From an uncultured Myxococcaceae bacterium (GTDB lineage: Bacteria; Myxococcota_A; UBA9160): a stretch of DNA of 64,000 bases. The stretch covers positions 2,002 to 66,001 of the forward strand of contig CAZDHU010000035.1 of NCBI GenBank assembly GCA_964505355.1, in the 5' to 3' direction. Below the pieces are notes generated by a model that did no database searches, was not told where the DNA came from, and saw only the letters and a program-made list of their open reading frames with translations. Both the position numbers and the translations under genes were made by a program. Below, piece by piece: positions 43,355-52,420 of the stretch. Numbering within the stretch: the stretch's first letter is position 1; each line of letters starts with the position of its first letter.

Positions 43355-44343
43355 TGCTGATTCGGCTGATAGAACACCACCTGGCTACCGAGCTCGTCGA
43401 AGGCAAACGGCACTTCGAGAAGACCGTTCAGCGCGCGGCGAACTTCGGGCTGGCGTTCGGGTTCCGCAAACACGAGGAAGAACCCGCCCCCGCCGGCACC
43501 GAGCAGCTTGCCGCCAATCGCTCCGTTGTCGCGCGCGGTCTGATAGATCCCGTCGATCGCGCCGGTCGTGATGCGGGACGAAAGCGTGCGCTTCAACTGC
43601 CAGGTTTCGTGCAGCAGTCGCCCGAAATCGCGCACGTCGCAATCGCTCGCGAGGATGCCGACCGCCTCGTCCACCATGCCGAACATCGTGCGCAGCTCGC
43701 GTTTGTGGGCCGGCGTGTTTTCGATCTGTTCCGCCGCCACCTCGCTCGCGGTACGCGAGAACCCGGTGAAAAAGAGCATGAGGTGGTCGAGCAGTTGCCG
43801 CTTTCGGCGCGCCGACACGGTGATCCGCTGGACGGAGATCTGATCGCCGGCTGCGAACTCGATTCGGTTCAGACCGCCGAACGCGGCAGCCGTCTGATCC
43901 TGCGACCCCACGTTCTCGCCGATCCGCTTCTGCTCGACGTGAATCGCTTCTTCGGCGAGTTGCTGTTTGGTCGACATCTGGCCGAGCAGGGCGCGCACCG
44001 CGTGCAGCAGCCCGACCGTGAACGAGGAACTCGAGCCGAGCCCCGTGCGAGCCGGCAGATCGCCGTCGTGGTGGATCTCGACCCCGTGCGCGACGTCGAG
44101 ATGCCGCAGCACCTCGCGCACGGCTGCGTGCTGGATGTCGCCCACGTCGTGGCAGTTCTCGATTTGCGAATAGACGATCCGAAACCGATGCGGAAAGAAC
44201 GGCGGGAGATAGCGGCAGGTGATCCAGCAGTACTTGTCGATCGTCGTGGCGAGAACGGCGCCTTTTTCTTCGTTGTACCAGGCCGGGTAGTCGGTCCCGC
44301 CCCCGAAAAACGAGATGCGGAACGGCGTGCGACTGATGATCAC
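43351..44343 (-). CDS. GHMP-family sugar kinase (HddA-like), second copy; first gene of the 44343->31323 train
   Basis: 330 aa from GTG 44341-44343. The N-terminus VIISRTPFRISFFGGGTDYP aligns with the start of the hddA paralog (MIIVRSPLRITLGGGGTDLP). GHMP motif ARTGLGSSSSF, and KLLGAGGGGF. The track ORF start at 44406 is also a GTG and would place the G11 tract inside the coding sequence. Confidence 0.8.
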   Translation of the reverse strand: MIISRTPFRISFFGGGTDYPAWYNEEKGAVLATTIDKYCWITCRYLPPFFPHRFRIVYSQIENCHDVGDIQHAAVREVLRHLDVAHGVEIHHDGDLPARTGLGSSSSFTVGLLHAVRALLGQMSTKQQLAEEAIHVEQKRIGENVGSQDQTAAAFGGLNRIEFAAGDQISVQRITVSARRKRQLLDHLMLFFTGFSRTASEVAAEQIENTPAHKRELRTMFGMVDEAVGILASDCDVRDFGRLLHETWQLKRTLSSRITTGAIDGIYQTARDNGAIGGKLLGAGGGGFFLVFAEPERQPEVRRALNGLLEVPFAFDELGSQVVFYQPNQQ

Positions 44344-44346
44344 GCT

Positions 44347-44357
44347 CCCCCCCCCCC
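44347..44357 (-). repeat. Homopolymeric tract: C11 on the plus strand = G11 on the coding strand, 3 nt upstream of the GTG start of the HddA-like gene
   Basis: Read directly: ...cacgct ccccccccccc tac... On the mRNA strand, GTAGGGGGGGGGGGAGC-GTG, so the tract forms or overlaps the SD. Confidence 0.9.
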
Positions 44358-44481
44358 TACGAGCTGCGTGTCCCTCGGCGCCAGGGGCCGTCCGTATCGC
44401 GCGCACACGCGGCCGGGCGGAGACGCGTCCCGTTTATAGGGGAACGGCCGGGGCGATGTCCACGAAGAATTCCGGTACCGC

Positions 44482-44502
44482 GTCGCTTCGGCGCGAAGCG
44501 AC
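44482..44502. promoter_or_regulatory. Perfect 9-bp inverted repeat with 3-nt loop in the 326-nt divergent intergenic region (operator or RNA hairpin candidate)
   Basis: GTCGCTTCG-gcg-CGAAGCGAC, between the minus-strand operon start (44343) and the plus-strand GT gene (44670). Confidence 0.3.
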
Positions 44503-44669
44503 AGCGAGGCGGCAGCACGCCGGCAACGCGATCGCGTACTGCGCCCGCCCCCGAGAGTTTGCGCTCACGTCGTGCGCAGCGCCGGCCGATGCCGGGGCTG
44601 CGGGCAACCCCGGAGTGCGCTCACGAGAACCATTCCGGCGTTCACCCGAGCCCGCGCGAAGGGGCGAAC

Positions 44670-46433
44670 ATGGTCGCTTCGGGCCTGGTGGCGGATCGCC
44701 CGATCCATCGACTTTGCGAACTCGAGAGCGACGCGAAGAGCGACGCCGGGCGGCTGCTCCGAATCGACGGCCTGTACCGCTCGCTGGTCGCCGCTGCGCC
44801 GCTCGACGTCGAGACGCTGCTCGCGCACCAGCGCTTTCGCCTGCGTCATCTCTCCTGCCTGCCGCGCACGCGCACCCGGGTCATTCTCGGCGGCACCGGC
44901 AACGAGGTCTTTCCGAATCTTCATGCCATACCCCTATTGCGCGTGGCCGACGTGATTTCGCTGACCACGAATGAAACCCGGCCGGAAGAAACGGAGCGGC
45001 TCCACTTCGATCTGTTCGCTCAGCGGCTACCGGATCTCGTGGGACGGATGCCCGACGGATTCTCGGCAGATCTGTTCTTCGATCACCAGGTCGAAAACGG
45101 GCACCTGATTCCGCTCGGCCTCGAGGACGCCCCCTGCCCGACCGTCGCCGCCATCTGCCACATGGTGCAGATCCCGGCGATTGCGCACGCCTGCCGGCTC
45201 TTCGACATCGTGCTCCCGCTCTCCCGCCGGTTCTCCCCGCGCCTTCGATCCCTCGGCGCAGGCCATCTCGTCGAGCTTCCATTCGGGCTCAACTGGGCGT
45301 CCTTCGATCACGTCCTCGCCCCGGGCGAAACCCGCGAGGTGGACGTGGCTCTGACCTTCGACGACGGCGTCCATCCCGTGTACGCCGACCACAGGCGTCG
45401 CACGCACGAGATCGTCGAGCGCGTCCGGCGCTCATCGGGCGGACGGTTTCGGTTCGTCACCGCCACCGGTCTCGCCCGGCGCGACTATTTCGCGCTGCTC
45501 CGGTCGAGCCGGATCGTGCTCAACGTCGCGGGGATCCACGGCCCGTACAACTATCGAACCTGCGAAGCCATGAACGCGGGCGCGCTCTTGCTGCAATACC
45601 GCGGCGACGGACATCCCGTGCGGACGGAGATCGGCGATTACTTCGAAGACGGGAAGGAACTCGTCGGCTTCGGCTTCGACGATCTCGAAGAGACCCTGCT
45701 GCACTATCTCGAACATCCCGGCGAAGCCGAGCGAATCGCGCGCGCCGGCGCTGCGAAGCTGCGTCGCGAATATGGCTACGAGCGGCTCTATCAGCGACTG
45801 TTCGCCGAGGTGCGCCGGCTCGGGCGCCGAACAGACCGCCCCACCCGCTCGCGGGCGCTCGTTCATCTCGGGCTGCTCTACTGGCAACAACCGCGATCGA
45901 GCAGCTACCAGAAGCTCGGTGTGTTCGCGCTCGCCGGAGCGCTCGCACTGCCGGAGGGCCTGCGCGAAGCGAATCTGATGGTGCTGCTACCCACCCTGCT
46001 CGCCAACAACGATCGCGAGGCCGTGTTGCAGTTGATGGCCCCGCTGCCCGCCGTCGCCGAGGCGTTCCGTGCAGGCGATGAGGAGGGCATCGAACTGCTC
46101 TGGCGCCACGCAGACGAGCATCCCGTCACGCACTGGAACTACGTCCTGCTGCGCGCCGAGCGGGGCCTTGCGACGCCTCGCGAACTCGAAGCCGCGATCG
46201 CCGGGCTCGACGATCCCGCCGCGATCGACTTCGATCCCGGAGAACGGCTGGTTCACGATCAGGCCCGCGTGCCGGGCATGGATTCCGTCGCCTTCGATCA
46301 CGCGTGGCACGAGAACCTGCTGATTCCGCTGCTGGCCTGCGACGGATCGCGCGAACGCGTCGCCACCACCTATCTCGGCTGGATGCGCTGGCTCGGGGCG
46401 CGCGCCGTCCTTGCGACACCCGGCACCGCGTAG
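44670..46433 (+). CDS. CgeB-like/GT1-type glycosyltransferase-family protein with extra N- and C-terminal regions
   Basis: 587 aa from ATG 44670 (GAAGGGG SD). The central region YFALLRSSRIVLNV...YNYRTCEAMNAGALLLQ...FEDGKELVGF..LEHPGEAERIARAGAAKLRREY resembles the Glyco_trans_1_2/DUF3880 (CgeB) family. Assignment is by eye. Confidence 0.65.
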   Translation: MVASGLVADRPIHRLCELESDAKSDAGRLLRIDGLYRSLVAAAPLDVETLLAHQRFRLRHLSCLPRTRTRVILGGTGNEVFPNLHAIPLLRVADVISLTTNETRPEETERLHFDLFAQRLPDLVGRMPDGFSADLFFDHQVENGHLIPLGLEDAPCPTVAAICHMVQIPAIAHACRLFDIVLPLSRRFSPRLRSLGAGHLVELPFGLNWASFDHVLAPGETREVDVALTFDDGVHPVYADHRRRTHEIVERVRRSSGGRFRFVTATGLARRDYFALLRSSRIVLNVAGIHGPYNYRTCEAMNAGALLLQYRGDGHPVRTEIGDYFEDGKELVGFGFDDLEETLLHYLEHPGEAERIARAGAAKLRREYGYERLYQRLFAEVRRLGRRTDRPTRSRALVHLGLLYWQQPRSSSYQKLGVFALAGALALPEGLREANLMVLLPTLLANNDREAVLQLMAPLPAVAEAFRAGDEEGIELLWRHADEHPVTHWNYVLLRAERGLATPRELEAAIAGLDDPAAIDFDPGERLVHDQARVPGMDSVAFDHAWHENLLIPLLACDGSRERVATTYLGWMRWLGARAVLATPGTA

Positions 46434-46475
46434 CACTCGCCGCCGTATCTCGATCGACCTTCGGTCGCTCGCCGA

Positions 46476-46661
46476 TCAGCCTTCGGCGGGCGGCTCGGTT
46501 CGGGCCGGCGTAGCGCCCGGCTCGACCGAGGCCCAGTCCGACTTCTCCGATACGTCGGGCAGCGCGTCGATTTCCGCCTGCACCGTCGGATCCGAGATCC
46601 ACTGCTTGCGGCGCAGCAATCGGCGATCGGTCTTCAAATGACTCAAGTGCTCGTGAACCAA
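46476..46661 (-). CDS. Small hypothetical protein (61 aa)
   Basis: TTG start at 46659-46661 preceded by a GAGGAG SD ~8 nt upstream. Third-codon positions are predominantly G/C, as in the neighbouring genes. No family recognised. Confidence 0.4.
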   Translation of the reverse strand: MVHEHLSHLKTDRRLLRRKQWISDPTVQAEIDALPDVSEKSDWASVEPGATPARTEPPAEG

Positions 46662-46872
46662 GGGATCATCTCCTCGACGATGGCGTCCGCGAAGGGGGAG
46701 TCCGGGGCACGACCCGGACCGATTCGAGTCGGCGGGGTGGTGCAGCGGAACGGCGCCACAACCCTAGCCTGCTCCTGCAGCGGGCGCCCCGGGCGCAGGG
46801 TGCCGTGAACATGGCAGCCCCCGGAGGCGTCGGATAGGGTGCGAGCGGCACTCGTGGGAGGGGAACGCGCGG

Positions 46873-47715
46873 ATGAGCGGTCATTCAGTTTCGGCCCGTT
46901 GGACCCGCTTCGGTCGACAAACAGACGGCATCCGCCGGCGGATCGAGGCCGGATTCCTCGCCGTCGCGCTCGCCGGCGGACTCGGCGGGTGCGCTTCTGC
47001 CCCGCCGGCCGAGGAAGAGTTGCCCTCGGCCGAGGTGCTCTATCAGCGTGGGCTCTCTCATCTCGAAAGCGGCGGGCGCATCCTCTGGTTCTTCCCCAGC
47101 AGCGACAACGCGAAGGCGATCGAAGCCTTCCAGCAGATCATCGACAACTATCCCTACAGCGATCAGGCGGTGCTGGCCGAGCTCAAGATCGCCGACGCCT
47201 ATTTCCTCGACGAGAAATACGACGAAGCGCTTTCTTACTACCGCGACTTCAGCGAGCTGCACCCCAACCACGACCAGGTGCCCTATACGCTGCTGCGCGC
47301 TGCGCGCTGCCACTACGAGCAGTCGCGAGACTCGGTGCGAGACCAGACGGCAACGCGCGCAGCGGTCGGCTTCCTCGACACGCTTCTCTCGAAGCACGGC
47401 GCCTCGCCGCAGGCCGTCGAGGGACGGTCGATGTGGATCGAACTGAGAACGCGGCTCGCCGAACACGAACTCGAGATCGCCGAGTTCTACGAAGACCGCG
47501 AGGAATACCAGTCCGCGGCGGAGCGCTACCAGCAGGTGCTCGCGCGCTATCCGGGCCTCGGTCTCGAGGCCGACACGCTCGATCGCCTCGGTCGGTGCTA
47601 TCAGGAGCTGCACCTCGAGCAGCAGGCGAAGCAGACCTTCGAGCTGATCGCTCGCAGTCGCGCCACGGCGGACGTCGCCGCGGGCGCGGCCGATCAGGTC
47701 CCGTCGGCGCAGTAG
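46873..47715 (+). CDS. bamD: Outer membrane protein assembly factor BamD (YfiO) lipoprotein
   Basis: 280 aa. Signal peptide with lipobox LGGC. TPR-like helices with the typical BamD segments (YPYSDQAVLAELKIADAYF, YYRDFSELHPNH, IAEFYEDREEYQSA). Confidence 0.85.
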   Translation: MSGHSVSARWTRFGRQTDGIRRRIEAGFLAVALAGGLGGCASAPPAEEELPSAEVLYQRGLSHLESGGRILWFFPSSDNAKAIEAFQQIIDNYPYSDQAVLAELKIADAYFLDEKYDEALSYYRDFSELHPNHDQVPYTLLRAARCHYEQSRDSVRDQTATRAAVGFLDTLLSKHGASPQAVEGRSMWIELRTRLAEHELEIAEFYEDREEYQSAAERYQQVLARYPGLGLEADTLDRLGRCYQELHLEQQAKQTFELIARSRATADVAAGAADQVPSAQ

Positions 47716-47734
47716 CCGGGCGCACGTTCGCCGC

Positions 47735-48583
47735 ATGCAGGCGCCGCGCGAACTCACGGCTTCGGAACGCGAAGACTGGTCGCGTGGACGGCAGCTTTTC
47801 GAGCGCGGCGAGCTGGACGGAGCGCTTCGCCACCTCGGCCGACTGGTCGAGACGCGCTCGGGGTTCGCGGACGTTCACTACCTGCTCGGGCTGTTGCACG
47901 AACGACGAGGGGATCTTCCGTCCGCGGCGCATTGCCTCGAGCGAGCGATCGCGATCAACCCGGGTTACGCCGAAGCCGTCCTCGCACTCGGTTCGGTGTA
48001 CGAGCAGAGCCACGAATACGAGCGCGCGCGGGTGCTCTCGGGGACGCTTCGCGTGTTCGACGCCGGCGACCCGCAGTCGGACCAAACGAGCGATTCGACG
48101 ACGGCCGAAACGCGGCGCCTTCTCGACGCCGCGTTGCCTTCCGATCCGCGCGCTCTCGATCCGACGACGCAGGGGAAACTCGCGAATCTCCAGGCCGCCC
48201 TCGGAGACGCGTATCGGGAAGCCGGCGAACTGCGCGACGCGATCGACGCCTACCGGCGAGCGCTCGACCGGTGCCCGCACTTTCACGACATCCGTCACCG
48301 ACTCGGCATCGCACTGCGCGAAGCCGGGCTTCCGGATTGCGCCGCCCGGGAACTCAGGCGTGCGCTGCGCGGCGCCCCCGAGCAACTCGCATCCGCAGTG
48401 CAGCTCGGTCTCACGTATTACGCCATGGGGCGTGCCGGCGACGCCGTTCGCGAGTGGACCGCGGTTCTCGAACGGGACCCTGAACGCGCAGACGCCCGGC
48501 TCTACCTGCGTCTCGTCAAGGCGCAATCCGCAGAACCGGCGCAGCAGCCGGCGGATCGCTCGAAACCCGCGCGGGGCGTTTGA
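47735..48583 (+). CDS. Tetratricopeptide repeat protein
   Basis: 282 aa. Several TPR units (ALRHLGRLVE..., AAHCLERAIAINPGYAEA, AIDAYRRALDRCPHF, AVREWTAVLERDPERADA). Confidence 0.8.
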   Translation: MQAPRELTASEREDWSRGRQLFERGELDGALRHLGRLVETRSGFADVHYLLGLLHERRGDLPSAAHCLERAIAINPGYAEAVLALGSVYEQSHEYERARVLSGTLRVFDAGDPQSDQTSDSTTAETRRLLDAALPSDPRALDPTTQGKLANLQAALGDAYREAGELRDAIDAYRRALDRCPHFHDIRHRLGIALREAGLPDCAARELRRALRGAPEQLASAVQLGLTYYAMGRAGDAVREWTAVLERDPERADARLYLRLVKAQSAEPAQQPADRSKPARGV

Positions 48584-48785
48584 CCTCTTTTCGCCGCGAG
48601 GAGCCACCTCGTCGCGTTCGACGCCGCTGCGCGGATTCGGGCTTGATCCTCGCCCACGCGCGTGGTTGGATGGACCATGGCCGCCCGCCCATTTGTCCCG
48701 TCGGGCCGCGCTCGTGTTCTTTCGTTCGCCGATCTGGACGGTCCACGGGACATCCCTCACCGCAACGCGGCCGGGGAGGTCCGTC

Positions 48786-49223
48786 GTGCACACGATTCGC
48801 CAGCTTCTGCGTCCCTCCGGGCTCGTCACCACACCGGCCGAAGCCCCCGTGATGAGCGTGATTCTGTTGATGGCCGACGCGAATGTCGGCGCGATCCCGG
48901 TCGTCGAAGACGACCGGATCATCGGAATCTTTTCCGAACGGGATCTCATGCTGCGCGTCACGATCCCGGCGCGCGATCCACGTCTGGTGCTGGTCGGAGA
49001 GGTGATGACGCCGGCTCCGCTCTGCGCCTCCGTCGAGACGACCCGCAACTCCGCCATCGAGATGATGCGTAAGGTCGGCTGCCGCCATCTGCCCGTGGTC
49101 CGATCCGATGGAACGGTCGTCGCCATGCTCTCGATGCGCGATCTGCTGCGCGACGAGATCGAAGAGCAGTACGCCGAGATCCGAGAGCTCCGCGCCTACA
49201 TCCATCAATCGCCACTCGTCTGA
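48786..49223 (+). CDS. CBS domain pair protein
   Basis: 145 aa from GTG 48786 (GGGGAGG SD 6 nt upstream). Two CBS motifs (GAIPVVEDDRIIGIFSERDL; RHLPVVRSDGTVVAMLSMRDL). The 794-aa track ORF upstream is read-through across bamD and the TPR gene in another frame. Confidence 0.8.
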   Translation: MHTIRQLLRPSGLVTTPAEAPVMSVILLMADANVGAIPVVEDDRIIGIFSERDLMLRVTIPARDPRLVLVGEVMTPAPLCASVETTRNSAIEMMRKVGCRHLPVVRSDGTVVAMLSMRDLLRDEIEEQYAEIRELRAYIHQSPLV

Positions 49224-49236
49224 GCGCGACCGCGAA

Positions 49237-50844
49237 TCACCGGGCGCGATCGGCGCGCAGAATCTCGAGAGCGGCGTTCCGGCCGCATGCCCCCATCACG
49301 CCTCCTCCGGGATGCGCGGCGGCTCCGCAGAGCCAGAGGCCTTCGACTGGTGTCCGGTAGCCATCGCTTCCCGGCAGTGGCCGCAGCGAGAGCAGGCGGT
49401 CGAGCGTCATCGCGCCGTGAAAGATGTTGCCGCCGGTCAGACCGAAGATCCGCTCGAGATCTGGCGGGGCGAGCACCTCGCGCTCGAGCACCGAGTCCGA
49501 AAACCCGGGCGCCACCTCGTCGACGAGAGCAAAGACGCGGTCGGCGAAGCGGTCGCGAGCGATCTCCCAGCTCATGCCATCCACCACCCACGGCACGTAC
49601 TGCACGAACATCGACGCGACGAAACGCCCGGCCGGCGCCAGCGTGCGATCGACGGCCGACGGAATCGTGAGCTCGATCAGCGGCCGCTCGGGCAGCCTTC
49701 CCGTGCAGGCCGCTGCAAACGCGCGCTCGATCGAGTCCAGATCGAAGCAGCCGAGATGGATCGTTCCCCGATGCTCCGGTCCGACACCATTCTGCGTCGC
49801 ACCGGCGTGACGGAAGCGCGGCGGACGGTCGAGCACGAGGTTGATCTTGAGGGACGGGCTTCGCATGTCGAGCGCGTCGATGCCGCGCGCGAACGCTTCG
49901 GGCAATTGATCGCGGCCGACGAGGCCGAGCAGAGTGTGTACGGGATCCGCGTTCGAGAGAACGAGCGGCGCTTCGATCGTCTCTCCCCCCTCGAGCTCGA
50001 CGCCGAAGACGCGGCCCTGCTCGACCAGCAGGCGGCGCACGGCGCTGTCGGTGCGAATCTCGCCGCCCGCGTCACGCACGGCCGATGCGAGCGCGTCGGA
50101 CAGTCGCCCCATCCCTCCCTCGACGTAGGCCCAGACGCCACGCGCCCCGCCGGTCTCACCCATCACGTGGTGAAAGAGGACGTAGCCGGTGCCGGCCGTC
50201 GCCGGGGATGCGAAGGCGCCGATCACGGCATCGGTCGCGAGCGTCGAGCGCAGCGGTTCGCTTTCGAACCACTGCTCGAGCACCGGGCGCGCCGGGCCTA
50301 GCAACAGGGCGAGCGCGTCGGGAAGCCGCGGCCCGAGCGCGAGCATCCCCCGGGCTGCGCGCGCGAGCGTTCCGAGATCGCGCCAGCGCGGTCGCGGAAG
50401 TCTCGGAGGCGGCGCATCGAGGGCCGGCTCGAGCGCCCGCGCAATGCGGTCGAGGAAGGCCTCGTACTCGACGTGGCGATCCGCATCCCGGCGAGAGAAC
50501 CGGGCGATCGAGGCGTGCGTTGCCACCGGATCCGCACCCATCGCGAGCGCGCGTCCATCGGGCAAAGGCGTGAACGAGGAGGGCTGGCGCGGAAGGAGGC
50601 GAAGGCCGCGCCCGGCAAGGCCCAGTTCACGAACCACGATCGGTCGCAGCAGTCCGGCGACGTACGCGGCGCGAGACACACGATGGCCCGGCCAGAGTTC
50701 TTCGGTGACGCACGCACCTCCGACCACGGACCGGCGCTCCAGCACCAGCGTCCCGAGACCGGCCCGGGCGAGATAAGCTGCGGCGACCAGTCCGTTGTGA
50801 CCGGCGCCGACCACGATCACTTCCACGCGACGTCTCTGCGACAT
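49237..50844 (-). CDS. FAD/NAD(P)-dependent oxidoreductase, phytoene desaturase (CrtI)/PYROXD2-like family
   Basis: 535 aa from ATG 50842-50844. Dinucleotide-binding motif VIVVGAGHNGLVAAAYLARAG, and the C-terminal GLWLCGAAAHPGGGVMG. Confidence 0.85.
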   Translation of the reverse strand: MSQRRRVEVIVVGAGHNGLVAAAYLARAGLGTLVLERRSVVGGACVTEELWPGHRVSRAAYVAGLLRPIVVRELGLAGRGLRLLPRQPSSFTPLPDGRALAMGADPVATHASIARFSRRDADRHVEYEAFLDRIARALEPALDAPPPRLPRPRWRDLGTLARAARGMLALGPRLPDALALLLGPARPVLEQWFESEPLRSTLATDAVIGAFASPATAGTGYVLFHHVMGETGGARGVWAYVEGGMGRLSDALASAVRDAGGEIRTDSAVRRLLVEQGRVFGVELEGGETIEAPLVLSNADPVHTLLGLVGRDQLPEAFARGIDALDMRSPSLKINLVLDRPPRFRHAGATQNGVGPEHRGTIHLGCFDLDSIERAFAAACTGRLPERPLIELTIPSAVDRTLAPAGRFVASMFVQYVPWVVDGMSWEIARDRFADRVFALVDEVAPGFSDSVLEREVLAPPDLERIFGLTGGNIFHGAMTLDRLLSLRPLPGSDGYRTPVEGLWLCGAAAHPGGGVMGACGRNAALEILRADRAR

Positions 50845-50967
50845 TCGCGCACTGTACCGACAACGCCGGCGAAGCAGCGAAGGGGTCGCTTGGGCTGCCA
50901 GACGAAACACGACCGCGATGCCAACGGGCCGAGCGCGAGCGTCGCATCGCGCGCTGCTGGCGCCCGG

Positions 50968-51765
50968 GTGCAGAATGCGTGCAGAAGCCGGCGCAGCGCG
51001 AAGCCCGTTCGGCGGCACCCTCGCTGGCCGGGCATCGTGCTGGCCTTGCTCGCCACCGCCTGCAGCCTTCCCGAGCGGCAGGAACGCGTGGCCGTCGCGC
51101 CGTTCGACGTGGTGATGGCGCTGGTTCCACGAGCGACTCCGAACCGCATCGTCGTGCTGATCTCCGCGAACTCGGGCGTCGACTCGCGCCTCGTCGCGCT
51201 GGGCCGGGGACTGGCCCGGCAGGGGGCGCTCGCGGTGCTGGTCGATCGGCGACTGCACCGCGACCGACTCGAAGCGACCTCTGCCGCCGAGGTGGATCTC
51301 GCGGCGAACTATGCCGAGATCCGCGACGCGCTGAAGCGAGCGCTGCGCGTCGACTCGGCACTGCCGGTCACGCTGGTGGGGATCGACGCCGGCGCGGCGG
51401 AAGCATGGGCCGCGCTCGCGCAGTCCGAACCCGGCACGTTCGCCGGCGCGATCGGCGTACGCTTCTGTCCGACGCTCTCGCTCCCGAAGCCGGCCGCGAT
51501 TCGCGGTGCGCTGGCGATCGGCGAAGCACGAACGCCGCAGGCGCAGCGTCTGCTCCCGGCGCCGCTGTCGAAGGCGCCCTTCATCGCCATGGTCGGTGCG
51601 GCACCGGCCGACTGCGCACCCGGCGAGACGGCGGCGTTCATCGCGGCCACTTCGTCGGCGTCGCTGCTTTCCGTCGACGGGCTAGACGCCGGACTCGACG
51701 GTCAGGAGCGCTGGCGCGACGAGCTCGATCAGGCGCTCGCGCAGATCGCGGAGACGACGCGGTGA
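50968..51765 (+). CDS. Putative lipoprotein of unknown function
   Basis: 265 aa from GTG 50968. Basic N-region, then a hydrophobic stretch and the lipobox-like LLATAC. Any resemblance to AcvB/VirJ-type hydrolases is weak and unverified. The start codon is uncertain. Confidence 0.5.
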   Translation: MQNACRSRRSAKPVRRHPRWPGIVLALLATACSLPERQERVAVAPFDVVMALVPRATPNRIVVLISANSGVDSRLVALGRGLARQGALAVLVDRRLHRDRLEATSAAEVDLAANYAEIRDALKRALRVDSALPVTLVGIDAGAAEAWAALAQSEPGTFAGAIGVRFCPTLSLPKPAAIRGALAIGEARTPQAQRLLPAPLSKAPFIAMVGAAPADCAPGETAAFIAATSSASLLSVDGLDAGLDGQERWRDELDQALAQIAETTR

Positions 51766-52286
51766 CACCGGGCGCGCCGATCGCGACCGATCTCGCCATC
51801 GCCGTGCTGGTCGGACTGCTCGCACTGCGCGGACTGCTGCGCGGCGCGATTCGCGAAGCCTTCTCGCTCGGTGCGCTGGCCGCAGCCGTGCTCGCGGTGC
51901 GAACGCTCGACCTCTCGCTGACTCGCTGGCTCGAACCGTGGCTGGCGGCGCATCTCTCGCCGCTCGCGGTTCGGGTGCTCGCGATCACGCTGCTCGTGGC
52001 CGGCGCGGTCGCGCTCGTTTCGACGGCCGGCGCACTCGTGCGCCGCGGCCTGCGTGCGGCCGGCCTCGGATTCGCCGATCGGATCGGCGGCGCGGCACTC
52101 GGTGCCATCGAAGGCGCGCTGCTCGCGGCGCTCGTGCTGTTCGGCGCGAGCCTGTTGCTCGGTCCCGATCACCCGTTGCTGCGCGAGTCGCGCAGCTACA
52201 CGGCCTTCGCGCAGCTTCGAGACGCGATCCGCGGTGGCCCGCCGCGCGGCGCGCCGCCCGCCGTCGCGGCACCGCCGCGTCGCTGA
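51762..52286 (+). CDS. cvpA: CvpA family membrane protein
   Basis: 174 aa from GTG 51762 (GTGA overlap with the upstream stop). Four hydrophobic helices and an N-terminal LAIAVLVGLLALRGLLRGAIREAFSL typical of CvpA. Confidence 0.7.
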   Translation: MTPGAPIATDLAIAVLVGLLALRGLLRGAIREAFSLGALAAAVLAVRTLDLSLTRWLEPWLAAHLSPLAVRVLAITLLVAGAVALVSTAGALVRRGLRAAGLGFADRIGGAALGAIEGALLAALVLFGASLLLGPDHPLLRESRSYTAFAQLRDAIRGGPPRGAPPAVAAPPRR

Positions 52287-52420
52287 CTCCGCACCCCGGA
52301 TCATTCACGAACGCCCTGCTGCGAACACCACGGGCGACGGCTTCGTGAATCCTCCCGGCGGACGGGTCGCGCGCAGCGCTCGAGGAGCGATCGACGATCC
52401 ACCCGCCGTTCCGCGGCTGC

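Noticed and set aside
44347-44357. Treating the C11/G11 run as statistically exceptional
   Set aside because: Under a simple ~34.5% C / 34.5% G composition model, about one 11-nt C or G run is expected per 64 kb on the two strands. It is reported for its position on an RBS/start, not its rarity.
52303-52350. 9-bp stem (ATTCACGAA ... TTCGTGAAT) with a 30-nt loop between convergent cvpA and ispG as a bidirectional terminator
   Set aside because: The large loop, the AT-containing short stem and the lack of a U-tract make the evidence too weak to annotate as a feature.
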